Source of the DNA: Candidatus Anderseniibacteriota bacterium
GTDB taxonomy: Bacteria > Patescibacteriota > Andersenbacteria > UBA10190
Direction: 5' to 3'
Assembly (NCBI GenBank): GCA_040900375.1
Contig: JBBDZC010000003.1
Span: 130,586-191,595 of the forward strand
Length of the DNA stretch: 61,010 nucleotides
Shown here one piece after another: positions 16,910-27,760 of the stretch (position 1 is its first letter; each line of letters opens with the position of its first letter). The notes below the pieces were generated by a model, which had not been told where the DNA came from, did no database searches, and saw only the letters and a program-made list of their open reading frames with translations. The position numbers and the translations under genes are program-made.

Positions 16910-18331
16910 CTATACCGCGTTCTTGTCCTTAGTAAGAATCAAGAATGTTTTTACCAACAGAATGATATCGAGCCATAATGACCAACTTTCGATATAGCCG
17001 ATATCGAGTTTAGCCTCTTGTTCAAATGATAATCCCGCATTGCCGTTGACTTGGGCCATGCCGGACATGCCTGGCTTAATCGTAAACAGCTTGCGGTGAT
17101 GCTTGTGATATTTTTCTACTTCTTCCGGCAAATGAGGCCGTGGGCCAAACAAGCTCATCTCCCCTTTTAAAACATTGAGTAACTGGGGCAGCTCATCAAT
17201 CCGCCAGCGGCGCAGCCGACGTCCCATTCGAGTAATACGCGGGTCTCGTTTCATTTTAAAGAGCGGACCACTGCGTTCATTGGTCTTCTCTCGTAAATCT
17301 TGCTCAAATTTTTTAGCTGACTGCCCACCATAAGCCTCGCCCGTACAGTACTCAACTTTCATGCTTCGAAACTTATAAATACGAAATGGTTTAGTGTTTC
17401 GCCCCACCCGAATTTGCCGATAGAGAACTGGTCCTGGTGTATCCCACTTAATACACAGTGCCGTCAAGAGCAGCAGTGGGGACAGTAATAGCAGCCCTAG
17501 ACCCGCCCCCGCTAAATCCATGACTCGTTTGGCAACTCGGCCCCAGCCATCAAGTGGCGTCCGTAACAACTCCATCACCGGTACCCCACCTAGCTGGCGA
17601 AAGCGCACGTTTGCGGCATGAGTCTCAAATAAATTAGGCACGTACTTATAGTCAATCTTGTACTGGTCACAAAAATCGAGTAGGACTAAGTTATCTTCTT
17701 CCGGCATTGATGGATCAGTTTGAATAACCTCGTCAATCCCCGTGCGCTGGTATAAATTTTCTAAAGCATCCCCCCGCACCGCCTCCGGAATGGCCACCAC
17801 GCGGTATCCTAACTGCGGTCGCTGCCGAAAAATTTCTGCGAGCTGCCAGGAAGAGCGGCCATTCCCTACCAGGGCGACGCGGTGAATTCCCACACCTCGT
17901 CGCAAAAACAGAATCTGGAGCCGGCGGATGCCATATCGACCGAGTGTCACAAAAACAAGGGCAACTATATACGCCGCCAATAATATGAACCGTGATTGAA
18001 AAAGTTCAGCGCTTAAGAAAATGTAAACAATAATTAACATGAAGCCCAGGGTAATCCCGCCAAAGATTCGGGTCAGCTCATCGAGATACCGCCGGGTTAC
18101 CTGCATGGCATACAATCCCTGGAGCGCAAAGATGCCCACAATCACGCTCGTCACAATAATGACGAGTTGCAGGTAATTAATAAATGGCAAATCAAGCTGA
18201 AAGACCGCCGGTCGAACTTCTTGAACGTACGGGCTGATACGCAAATAGTAGGCCACCACCCCCGCCATCACTAACGCAAAAAAATCTACCGGCACTAAGA
18301 TGGCATCAAACAATAATTCAGAACGCTTCAT
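16910..18331 (-). CDS. priming polyprenyl-phosphate glycosylphosphotransferase (WcaJ/WbaP family)
   Basis: KRVMDL, YKFRSM, DPRITRMG, RIDELPQLLNVLKGEMSLFGPRP, KPGMSGMAQV. Confidence 0.94.
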   Translation of the reverse strand: MKRSELLFDAILVPVDFFALVMAGVVAYYLRISPYVQEVRPAVFQLDLPFINYLQLVIIVTSVIVGIFALQGLYAMQVTRRYLDELTRIFGGITLGFMLIIVYIFLSAELFQSRFILLAAYIVALVFVTLGRYGIRRLQILFLRRGVGIHRVALVGNGRSSWQLAEIFRQRPQLGYRVVAIPEAVRGDALENLYQRTGIDEVIQTDPSMPEEDNLVLLDFCDQYKIDYKYVPNLFETHAANVRFRQLGGVPVMELLRTPLDGWGRVAKRVMDLAGAGLGLLLLSPLLLLTALCIKWDTPGPVLYRQIRVGRNTKPFRIYKFRSMKVEYCTGEAYGGQSAKKFEQDLREKTNERSGPLFKMKRDPRITRMGRRLRRWRIDELPQLLNVLKGEMSLFGPRPHLPEEVEKYHKHHRKLFTIKPGMSGMAQVNGNAGLSFEQEAKLDIGYIESWSLWLDIILLVKTFLILTKDKNAV

Positions 18332-18482
18332 GAAACTTTAATAACAATAAGGAGTAAGCAGTACTACGTAACCGGAGTTATGTCAAGATCGAGATGTCTG
18401 TTTCCTAGTTTACCCTGCGACTAGACCCAGCACAACCAACTGCTTCCCCGCAAGATACGTTCGTCAATTGACCTCATATAAG

Positions 18483-18507
18483 AAAAAACCAGCCATGAAT
18501 GACTGGT
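18483..18507 (-). terminator. intrinsic terminator
   Basis: Minus strand ACCAGTCA-TTCA-TGGCTGGT-TTTTTT; the G-U pair forms only on the minus strand. Confidence 0.7.
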
Positions 18508-18886
18508 GTACTATGCGTTCTCTTAAATACCGTGGTGCGGGTATCGCCCAAGCTTAGGAGTACAGAGCTTCGCCGGGCTTAAGGAGGTAGTTCCCCTCAC
18601 CCCTCCCCACCTTCTGTCTTTTCCTAAGGAGTAGGGGCCTTGTCAGTTCAGGGCTTCGTAGAGCCACGTAGTTCACACTCTACGGGAAGAACGGGGCAGT
18701 AGGCTGCCCCAAGCGGGGAAACCCTGACTCACTGCCCACATACCAAAAAAGAAGGCCGTCCACCGCGTGGACGTTTACAGGAGTACACCCAGACTGCTAC
18801 GTCACTTCAAGGAGTGTCGTGGCAGGGTGAGCGGCATCCGGGGCCCGGACGCGTCTGACGCACTATATAGATTGGGTAGAGAACGT
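18483..18886. ncRNA. candidate ~400-nt structured ncRNA of unknown family with repeated AGGAG/CUCCU motifs; strand unresolved (promoter and terminator favour minus)
   Basis: No ORF >=60 aa; end-to-end stem 18516-18523/18878-18885; many hairpins; five AGGAG copies; flanked by a minus-strand promoter and terminator. Confidence 0.6.
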
Positions 18887-18892
18887 GCCTGT

Positions 18893-18921
18893 ATGGTGGG
18901 GAAAGGGAGAGAGAGTGTCAA
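18893..18921 (-). promoter_or_regulatory. putative sigma70 promoter for the candidate ncRNA
   Basis: TTGACA (rc 18916-18921)-N17-CACCAT (rc 18893-18898); predicted +1 near 18886, at the start of the closing stem. Confidence 0.5.
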
Positions 18922-18959
18922 GGGGGAAACTTAAATAACTCTCAAATGCATGCGGTGCA

Positions 18960-18987
18960 TTGACAACCTATAATAATAAGGTATACT
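18960..18987 (+). promoter_or_regulatory. sigma70 promoter of rnpB
   Basis: TTGACA-N16-TATACT ending 7 nt before the P1 helix. Confidence 0.8.
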
Positions 18988-18993
18988 AGCAAT

Positions 18994-19475
18994 GCGAAGA
19001 TGGGTGTGTGGTCGCTGGTAATCCTTACCGATTGCCAGAGGAAAGTCCGGACACCCTGTTATTTGTAAAAATAGCAGCCCAAGGTGACAGGTAACGCCTG
19101 TCCGAGGAAGTTTTTGGTATCGTGCTTTGGCTCGATATCAAGACGCACTCGCGGGACTAAAAAATTCTGGCAAAGATGTCGCACACGTGTAATATCTTTG
19201 TCGGTGAAGCGAAGAGCGCAACAGAAACATACCGCCCCGCTCTACCGCGGGGTAAGGGTGAAATCGTGAGGTAAGAGCTCACGCGGCGGCGTGGTAACAC
19301 GCCGACGGTGCAAACCCCACCTGGTGCAACTCCAAGATTGCTCGACCCCAAAAGGGCCGAGCAAGGTCGGAGGCATGAGATGTGCTGCGAAGCACACCCT
19401 AGAGAGATGGCCATACTCCCGCAAACTTTATTAAGTGAGCGGGCAGACAGAATCCGGCTTATAGCCCGTCTTTGT
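18994..19475 (+). ncRNA. rnpB: RNase P RNA (bacterial type A-like, expanded)
   Basis: Conserved GAGGAAAGTCCGG, GCAACAGAAA, GGGTGAAA, GGTAAGAGC, CAAACCCC, ACAGAATCCGGCTTA; P1 = GCGAAGATGGG/CCCGTCTTTGT. Confidence 0.97.
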
Positions 19476-19476
19476 T

Positions 19477-19510
19477 CTAAAAATCCCGTCGCCCGCGACG
19501 GGATTTTTAG
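19477..19510. terminator. bidirectional intrinsic terminator (rnpB / pilin)
   Basis: CTAAAAATCCCGTCG-CCCG-CGACGGGATTTTTAG perfect inverted repeat between convergent genes. Confidence 0.85.
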
Positions 19511-19530
19511 TTGCCCCCTTATCCTTATAG

Positions 19531-20001
19531 TTAATTACCCGGGCACGCGAGCGGGATATCTCCACTGACTGGTGCCTCACAGGGCGCACTCACTACCCGG
19601 TACACACCACTAGCATCGACACAATAGTAGGCCCCATCGTCTTTAATAACTAATTCCACACTAATACAGTAATTCTTCCGCTGGCTATCGAGAAAAACAA
19701 CCTTCTCGGTCGAGTTGGGTGGTTCGTGGTGCACCTCGTTAATGTCAGCCAGCAACACTTGCACATCACTCACTACAAGAGGGTGACTTTTCCAACCGAT
19801 GTAACTGGCGCCATTAGCATCATAGGCTTGTTCCGCCAGCAGGCGCATTTGTCCCACATCATTTTGGATACGCACATCGTTCCCCTTTTTCAAAAAGCGA
19901 TTGACAGAAATCATTACGATGATAACGAGAATAGCAAAGATTACCAAAACAACTAAGAGTTCAATCAGAGTAAACCCCTCCTGTCGCTTTGGCTGACTCA
20001 T
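19531..20001 (-). CDS. type IV prepilin-like protein
   Basis: Class III signal QEG|FTLIELLVVLVIFAIL; C-terminal Cys pairs (YCIS, YCVD). Confidence 0.88.
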   Translation of the reverse strand: MSQPKRQEGFTLIELLVVLVIFAILVIIVMISVNRFLKKGNDVRIQNDVGQMRLLAEQAYDANGASYIGWKSHPLVVSDVQVLLADINEVHHEPPNSTEKVVFLDSQRKNYCISVELVIKDDGAYYCVDASGVYRVVSAPCEAPVSGDIPLACPGN

Positions 20002-20054
20002 AAGTGTTAGTCTATCACACTAAAGTATAGTATGATAAGAGCAGAATTTGCGAT

Positions 20055-20525
20055 ATGCCAGAACGTATCGAACGGCTCTTGATTAGAGTAAGCACCATTA
20101 CGGTGGTCGGTGTTATTATCCTATTGCTCGTCTATTCTTCCAGTCTCTCAAAGACCAGCTACCTGCGAACGGCCGCACGGTTTGATGACGAGCGTTTTAA
20201 AGAGGCGCCAGCCACGCTCCAGCCCCAGCCGATCAGCACAACCGAATCAGAAATTAGGTATGTGACCCGTACCTTGCGCCAACCAATTAATAACTTAATG
20301 GCCTGGCCAGGCATTCTCGGCACTACCCAGGGCGTCTACTGGGCCGTGATTAGCGATCTCCATGGCAGTAAAGCCCCCTTTGGTCCACGCTTGTTTATTA
20401 CTGAATATAATAACCAAAGCTACGCTTTAGAACTTCCCGCTCCTCCTTACCCCTCTACCTGGCAGACGATTATGGAAAGTTTCTCAATTGAACAAGCAGT
20501 CTCCCTTGCTTCTCCCCCTTCATAA
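20055..20525 (+). CDS. hypothetical protein with single N-terminal TM anchor
   Basis: 156-aa ORF filling the pilin-rnhA gap; hydrophobic ITVVGVIILLLVY. Confidence 0.55.
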   Translation: MPERIERLLIRVSTITVVGVIILLLVYSSSLSKTSYLRTAARFDDERFKEAPATLQPQPISTTESEIRYVTRTLRQPINNLMAWPGILGTTQGVYWAVISDLHGSKAPFGPRLFITEYNNQSYALELPAPPYPSTWQTIMESFSIEQAVSLASPPS

Positions 20526-20539
20526 AATATTTGCCTTCT

Positions 20540-20947
20540 TCAGCGCTGATGCAGCGCCCGGTCAATAGCTTCGTTAACAAGCTTATCCGCGGCTTTGTTT
20601 TTTTCGCGGAGTACGTGCTGAAATGAAATCCGGGCAAAGGCACTAGCCACTTGCTGCACTTGTTCATAAAGCGGGCGTAAATCTTGGTGCTTAACTCGGT
20701 ATTCACCCCGCAACTGCTTCACTACCAGCTCGCTATCTAAATAACATGTCACTTCCGTCACTGCCAGCGCGCGCGCCTTGTGCAAGCCTTTAAGCAACGC
20801 GACGTATTCGGCATGGTTATTAGTCGCTTCACCAATGTAGTCGCTCCCCTGAATAGTTTTGCCGCCCATAATATGCAAGACAAAACCAATCCCGGCCGGT
20901 CCGGGATTACCGCGCGCGCCGCCATCGCTGTGGAGAGTCGCTCTCAC
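20540..20947 (-). CDS. rnhA: ribonuclease HI family protein
   Basis: SDGGARGNPGPAGIG, TNNHAEY, DSELVVKQ, NKAADKLVN; overlaps the recJ stop (GTGA). Confidence 0.93.
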   Translation of the reverse strand: MRATLHSDGGARGNPGPAGIGFVLHIMGGKTIQGSDYIGEATNNHAEYVALLKGLHKARALAVTEVTCYLDSELVVKQLRGEYRVKHQDLRPLYEQVQQVASAFARISFQHVLREKNKAADKLVNEAIDRALHQR

Positions 20948-22647
20948 GGGGTGGCCATCACCGTTATCTTCCCCGCAGGCATAATATCTTGCACGTTGAG
21001 CTGTAGGGTCCGCCGTCCCCGGTAGTCGTTTTCTTCAATTAAACTAATAACATCAACCTTGGCTCCGGTCTCTAGTTCTTGCTGCGCTTGCGCGTGTAGC
21101 CCAAAACCAATCCCTTCCAGCCGGGAGTCGCTACCGTGAAAAATAAACTTAACGTGTCGCTGGTCACGCCCTACCGGATAGTAATTAAGCAGCGGTAAAT
21201 CTTTAATAACAAAGGCTGGCTGTTTGTTGCCTTCGCCAAAGGGAGCAAACTTTTCCACGATACCAATAACGCGGTCTTGCACAAGCTCGGGTGTGATCAC
21301 GGTGTCGGCATACAATATCAGGGGTATTTCATGACGCTGTAATTGCGCCGCGGCATGGGTAACTACCTCCCGAAATTGCTCGAGGCGGCCGGGCAACACT
21401 GTAAAACCTGCCGCTTGTTGGTGGCCACCAAGCTGGGCCAATAAGGCCCGTCCCGCTTCCAACAACGCCAAGACATCAGTGCCCCGGGGACTGCGGGCCG
21501 AGCCTACCATCCGCTCGCCCGCTTGGCCGATGACTAACGCCGGTCGGCCGTAGTGCTCGCTCAAACGGCTCGCCACCAGTCCCACCACGCCAGCCGGCCA
21601 CGTAGCGCTATAGACAATAATCACCGGATCTTGAGCGGTAATGCTCTCTTCGGCTTCCCGCAGTACTTTCTTAGTGACTGTCTGGCGCGATTGATTGTGT
21701 TGGTTAAGTTCGTTGAGTAACAGCTCGGCCTGCGCCTCATCTTGCGTCAGCAAAAGATCAAGCGCCGGCTGCGCATGTGCCATCCGCCCCGCCGCATTGA
21801 GTCGCGGCACGAGTCGAAAGGCTACATCCCTCGCCGTCAGCGCCGCGGCCGACAAACGCGTATTCCGCAACAAGGCTTGCAACCCTGGCCGCCGACTGCG
21901 CCGCAGGACTTCCAAACCAAAACGTACGATTGCCCGGTTTTCGTCTTGCAGCGGTACCACATCGGCCACGGTACCGAGTATCGCTAGATCCAGCAACCAC
22001 TTTTCCCGATCCGGATCATCGCGAAATGGCGAGCGGGAATCACGCAACAGTGCTTGGGCCACTTTCCAACTCAAACCGGCCCCGCACAATCCAAAAAAGG
22101 TATAGGGTGTCGCGGGGTGGCGAGGATGAACGATCGCCACAGCCGGCGGCAATGTTGGGGGAACACTATGGTGATCAATCACAATCGTATCAATGCCCCG
22201 CTCGTGCAGCGCAGAAATTTCTGCGTGCGCCGTAATGCCGCAATCCACCGCAATCAAAAGATCCATCTCGCCCGCCAACTCCGTCACCACTCGTTTATTT
22301 AAGCCGTAGCCATCATCAGCCCGATGAGGTAAGTGGGGCGCTACCAGGCCGCCTAAGTCGCGCAACACCGTTACTAAAATCGCCGTACTACTGATGCCAT
22401 CGGCATCGTAATCACCGTGGACAATAATGCGCTCCTGCTGCTCGATCGCCTGAAAAATGCGATTAACGGCCAACGGCATGTCCGAGAGCAACAAAGGATC
22501 ATGAATCACGTGCTCATAGCGGGGCGAGAAAAAATGGTCAGCGTGGGCCGCTGCAATGCCGCGCTGGCGCATGAGCAACCGCCGCAGTGCCGCCAGGCTC
22601 TTCGGCGATTTTTCTCCTCCAGGCCCGACCTGCCAAATCTTTTGCAT
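20944..22647 (-). CDS. recJ: single-stranded-DNA exonuclease RecJ
   Basis: GDYDADG, VDCG, DHH, PRLNAAGR, GGHQQAAG. Confidence 0.96.
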   Translation of the reverse strand: MQKIWQVGPGGEKSPKSLAALRRLLMRQRGIAAAHADHFFSPRYEHVIHDPLLLSDMPLAVNRIFQAIEQQERIIVHGDYDADGISSTAILVTVLRDLGGLVAPHLPHRADDGYGLNKRVVTELAGEMDLLIAVDCGITAHAEISALHERGIDTIVIDHHSVPPTLPPAVAIVHPRHPATPYTFFGLCGAGLSWKVAQALLRDSRSPFRDDPDREKWLLDLAILGTVADVVPLQDENRAIVRFGLEVLRRSRRPGLQALLRNTRLSAAALTARDVAFRLVPRLNAAGRMAHAQPALDLLLTQDEAQAELLLNELNQHNQSRQTVTKKVLREAEESITAQDPVIIVYSATWPAGVVGLVASRLSEHYGRPALVIGQAGERMVGSARSPRGTDVLALLEAGRALLAQLGGHQQAAGFTVLPGRLEQFREVVTHAAAQLQRHEIPLILYADTVITPELVQDRVIGIVEKFAPFGEGNKQPAFVIKDLPLLNYYPVGRDQRHVKFIFHGSDSRLEGIGFGLHAQAQQELETGAKVDVISLIEENDYRGRRTLQLNVQDIMPAGKITVMATP

Positions 22648-22872
22648 CTAGGTAGTATATCTGATTCCTAGCCGCCTGCCATCCGCGCTTGCTCACCGAA
22701 CAGTTTGGCGCTCATTCCCCTGGCTATAGTATTGATTCCCGCCCGCGGCTAGACATCAAACTACTGTAATGAGCTCACTCCGAGTAAAAGTTAACAGAAA
22801 AACCCCCGCAGATATGCATTTTGATTGTGTCCTCGAGGGACTTTGGTTTACTGTATTATTCAGAACTCTACC

Positions 22873-23307
22873 TTAGCTTATCCGTGGCCCCCGGGTATGG
22901 CGGGCAATGACATTTTTCTCGGCGCGAGTATGGCGAATAAATTTCTGGAGCAAGTCAACAATCGCAGAATACTGGGTAATAATGCTCGATAGATCGCGCT
23001 GGACATCATCTTGCTGCTGTAGAATGTACGCCAGGCGCAGCCAGTAGTCCGTTTCAATTGCTTTAAGACGCGCTTCATGCACATGGTGGTGAAATAGCGT
23101 AGAGTCTTCTGCCGCATTCGCGCGGACTAGCTCGGTGCCAACTGCCATGGCAGTGCGCACCATTTCCTGCTTTACCACCACGCCACCGGCGGAATCTTCC
23201 ATACTGTCTGCTAATGTCGCCACGTCTTGCGTAACTTGAAAAATGCGGTCCCACAGCTCCGCCTGGCGACGATCCCAGGTACTATCATGTTGGTTATCAG
23301 ATATCAT
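22873..23307 (-). CDS. four-helix-bundle protein (23S rRNA IVS protein / TIGR02436-like)
   Basis: QEMVRTAMAVGTELVRAN...F...ETDYWLRL resembles the QxxRSxxSIxxNxxEA...ETxYWL pattern. Confidence 0.7.
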   Translation of the reverse strand: MISDNQHDSTWDRRQAELWDRIFQVTQDVATLADSMEDSAGGVVVKQEMVRTAMAVGTELVRANAAEDSTLFHHHVHEARLKAIETDYWLRLAYILQQQDDVQRDLSSIITQYSAIVDLLQKFIRHTRAEKNVIARHTRGPRIS

Positions 23308-23376
23308 GCGACAATCAAACTAAGAGGCGCTTGTAGTATACTGCTTTTTTGTTGGCGAGCATAGCCAACATTTTTT

Positions 23377-23591
23377 GAGAGTGGTGAATAATGAATTATT
23401 GTACTCGGGTGCCGCCCCCGCCTTCACCCGTACCACTCCGGCGGGTACACCGAGTCAAAGCCGCCTGCCCTACCAAAGCTTGCCGAAGCGAAGGCGGGTC
23501 GGACGGGGGTGCAGGCCTCGCCAAAGCCTCCGGCGAAGCGTGGGCAGGTGCGGCCACGACCCGCTCGATACTGAAATTATTTACCAAGCCT
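23377..23591 (+). mobile_element. MITE-like element, copy 1 (215 bp, degenerate 15-bp TIRs)
   Basis: Near-identical to rc of 34455-34636; ends GAGAGTGGTGAATAA / TTATTTACCAAGCCT; carries an extra REP-like hairpin. Confidence 0.75.
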
Positions 23592-23596
23592 AATTT

Positions 23597-24931
23597 TTAG
23601 GCCGGGGCCTTGAAAACAGTCGCTTCGCGAGTATACGCCCGGCTCACATGCTCCAAAAACGGCTGCAAGGTGTGCGAGAGACGCCCTTGGATTTCATCCT
23701 CGATCCGCAGCAGCCGATTATATTTGGCCGTCCGTTCCGAACGAGTGGGCGCGCCCGTTTTGATTTGTCCCGCCCCGACCGCCACCGCCAGATCCGCAAT
23801 AAACGTATCCTCCGTCTCCCCCGAGCGGTGCGAGATAACAACGTTCTGTTTGGCTTCTTGCGCAATTAAGACCGCCTGTAGCGTCTCGGAGAGAGTTCCC
23901 ACCTGATTCGGTTTAATAAGCACTGCATTGGTTACGCTTCGGATAATGCCCTCGCGGATTCGGGTCACGTTCGTGACATACAAATCATCGCCAACCACTT
24001 GCACGGCTTTGCCGTTCGTGGTGGTAAACATCTTCCACTCGTCCCAGGCATCTTCCGCAAACGGATCTTCAATCGAGATAAGAGGATATCGCTCTCGCCA
24101 TACTTTGTACTGGTAGGCTAAATCATGGCCCGTCAGCGAGGCGCCATCGAGTTGATAGACCTTGTGTTCTGCGTCATAAAAAACCGAAGCCGCCGCATCA
24201 ATCCCCAAGAAAGCATCAACGCCGGGAATGTAGCCGGCATTTTCAATGGCGCGGACTAAAAAGGTAAAAACAGTCTCGCTCTTGCCAAGCTTCGGAGCAA
24301 AGCCTCCTTCATCGGCAAGCTCTACTTGAAAACCTTCTTGCTGCAGTAACTCTTTAAGAGCGTGATGGATTTCTACGCCCATCCGCAGCGCTTCCGCGAA
24401 GCTGGGGGAGCCCACCGGCAGCACATGGTACTCCTGAATTGACAGTCCATTGCTTGCATGCTCGCCGCCATTAATCAGGTTCATTTGGGGTACCGGCAAA
24501 ATAGCCTCGCGCTGCGGAAAGAGCTGCTGTAAATACAGATACAGTGGTAATCCCTGGGCTGACGCTTCCGCCCGCGCGCAGGCGAGTGAGACTGCTAAGA
24601 TAGCGTTAGCCCCCAGACGCGACTTATTGGGCGTGCCATCAAGCTCAAGCATGGTCCGGTCAATTTTAGCCTGGTTAGCAGTGTCTTTGCCTAAGAGCGC
24701 GGCGTGAATTTCCACTTTCACGTGCTCAATCGCCTGTAAGACACCCTTGCCGCCAAACCGCTTGGCGTCTTTATCACGCAGCTCATGAGCTTCGTGCACC
24801 CCAATCGAGGCTCCGGCGGGAACCAACGCCGTGCCCGTAATACCTCCTGTCACATTGACCTGGGCTTCAACCGTGGGTGACCCCCGCGAATCTAGCACTT
24901 CCCGGGCAGTTACAAATTCAATCTTGGGCAT
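23597..24931 (-). CDS. eno: enolase
   Basis: AREVLDSRG, DEGGF, SIEDPF, VGDDLYVTN, LIKPNQVGT, SHRSGETED, AKYNRLLRIE. Confidence 0.97.
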   Translation of the reverse strand: MPKIEFVTAREVLDSRGSPTVEAQVNVTGGITGTALVPAGASIGVHEAHELRDKDAKRFGGKGVLQAIEHVKVEIHAALLGKDTANQAKIDRTMLELDGTPNKSRLGANAILAVSLACARAEASAQGLPLYLYLQQLFPQREAILPVPQMNLINGGEHASNGLSIQEYHVLPVGSPSFAEALRMGVEIHHALKELLQQEGFQVELADEGGFAPKLGKSETVFTFLVRAIENAGYIPGVDAFLGIDAAASVFYDAEHKVYQLDGASLTGHDLAYQYKVWRERYPLISIEDPFAEDAWDEWKMFTTTNGKAVQVVGDDLYVTNVTRIREGIIRSVTNAVLIKPNQVGTLSETLQAVLIAQEAKQNVVISHRSGETEDTFIADLAVAVGAGQIKTGAPTRSERTAKYNRLLRIEDEIQGRLSHTLQPFLEHVSRAYTREATVFKAPA

Positions 24932-25008
24932 GAAAATATAAAATCAATGCCTTATAGTATACGGTAAATAGTGGCAACCCGTAACTAACCCCTCCTCGCT
25001 TTACAGCT

Positions 25009-25452
25009 TCACCGACCCCGCGATATCCGGCGGCGCTTTATCTCCGCTATTTTAAGACGCGCCATACTTTGTTCAATCAGCGCCACGGCATCAGCCAGGG
25101 CAACTTGGTCTTTCGCATTCTTTTTCATTTCCCGGGCGCGTTCGAGTGCTGCCTGAACCCGTAACTCATCAATGTCTTCGGCTCGCTCCGCCGTATCGGC
25201 GAGCAGACGGACACGCTTGCCGTCTATCTCAACAAAGCCGCCGGCTGTCGCCAAGTGTTCGCGAGCGTCTTCCTCGTCAGCCTCGCGGCGGCGGATTGTT
25301 ATCACGCCGGCAGTCACAATGGTGATGAGAGGAATGTGGTGGGGCAAAATGCCAATATCCCCCTGCGCCGTCGGTAACACTACGGCATACACTTCGGCTT
25401 GGAACTTCAAACCTTCAGGGGTGATGATCTCAAAAGAAATTTGGCCGGCCAT
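25009..25452 (-). CDS. atpC: ATP synthase F1 epsilon
   Basis: FEIITPE, GDIGILPHH, GGFVE, LADTAE; last gene of the atp operon. Confidence 0.95.
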   Translation of the reverse strand: MAGQISFEIITPEGLKFQAEVYAVVLPTAQGDIGILPHHIPLITIVTAGVITIRRREADEEDAREHLATAGGFVEIDGKRVRLLADTAERAEDIDELRVQAALERAREMKKNAKDQVALADAVALIEQSMARLKIAEIKRRRISRGR

Positions 25453-25467
25453 AGATATTGCCTTACC

Positions 25468-27751
<2,284 letters not shown>

Positions 27752-27760
27752 GATGAGAGT

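Noticed and set aside
18483-18900. tmRNA, 6S or SRP identity for the unknown RNA
   Set aside because: No tRNA-like GGGG 5' end, T-arm (GTTCGA) or tag ORF; no SRP helix-8 motif; about twice 6S length and multibranched.
19084-19568. Short ORFs at 19084, 19157, 19242 and 19308
   Set aside because: They lie within the RNase P RNA and have no protein-like features.
22690-22725. SRP-RNA look-alike (CCAAA...AGCAA on the minus strand)
   Set aside because: Lacks CAGG and the GNRA-capped stem of SRP helix 8.
22873-23591. Diversity-generating retroelement suggested by the Avd-like fold and a nearby repeat pair
   Set aside because: No reverse transcriptase in the window; the repeats are intergenic, have TIRs and are not a TR/VR pair inside a target gene.
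23375-23600. 60-70 aa ORFs here and at 34420-34632
   Set aside because: They are translations of the MITE; they resemble each other only because the DNA is repeated.
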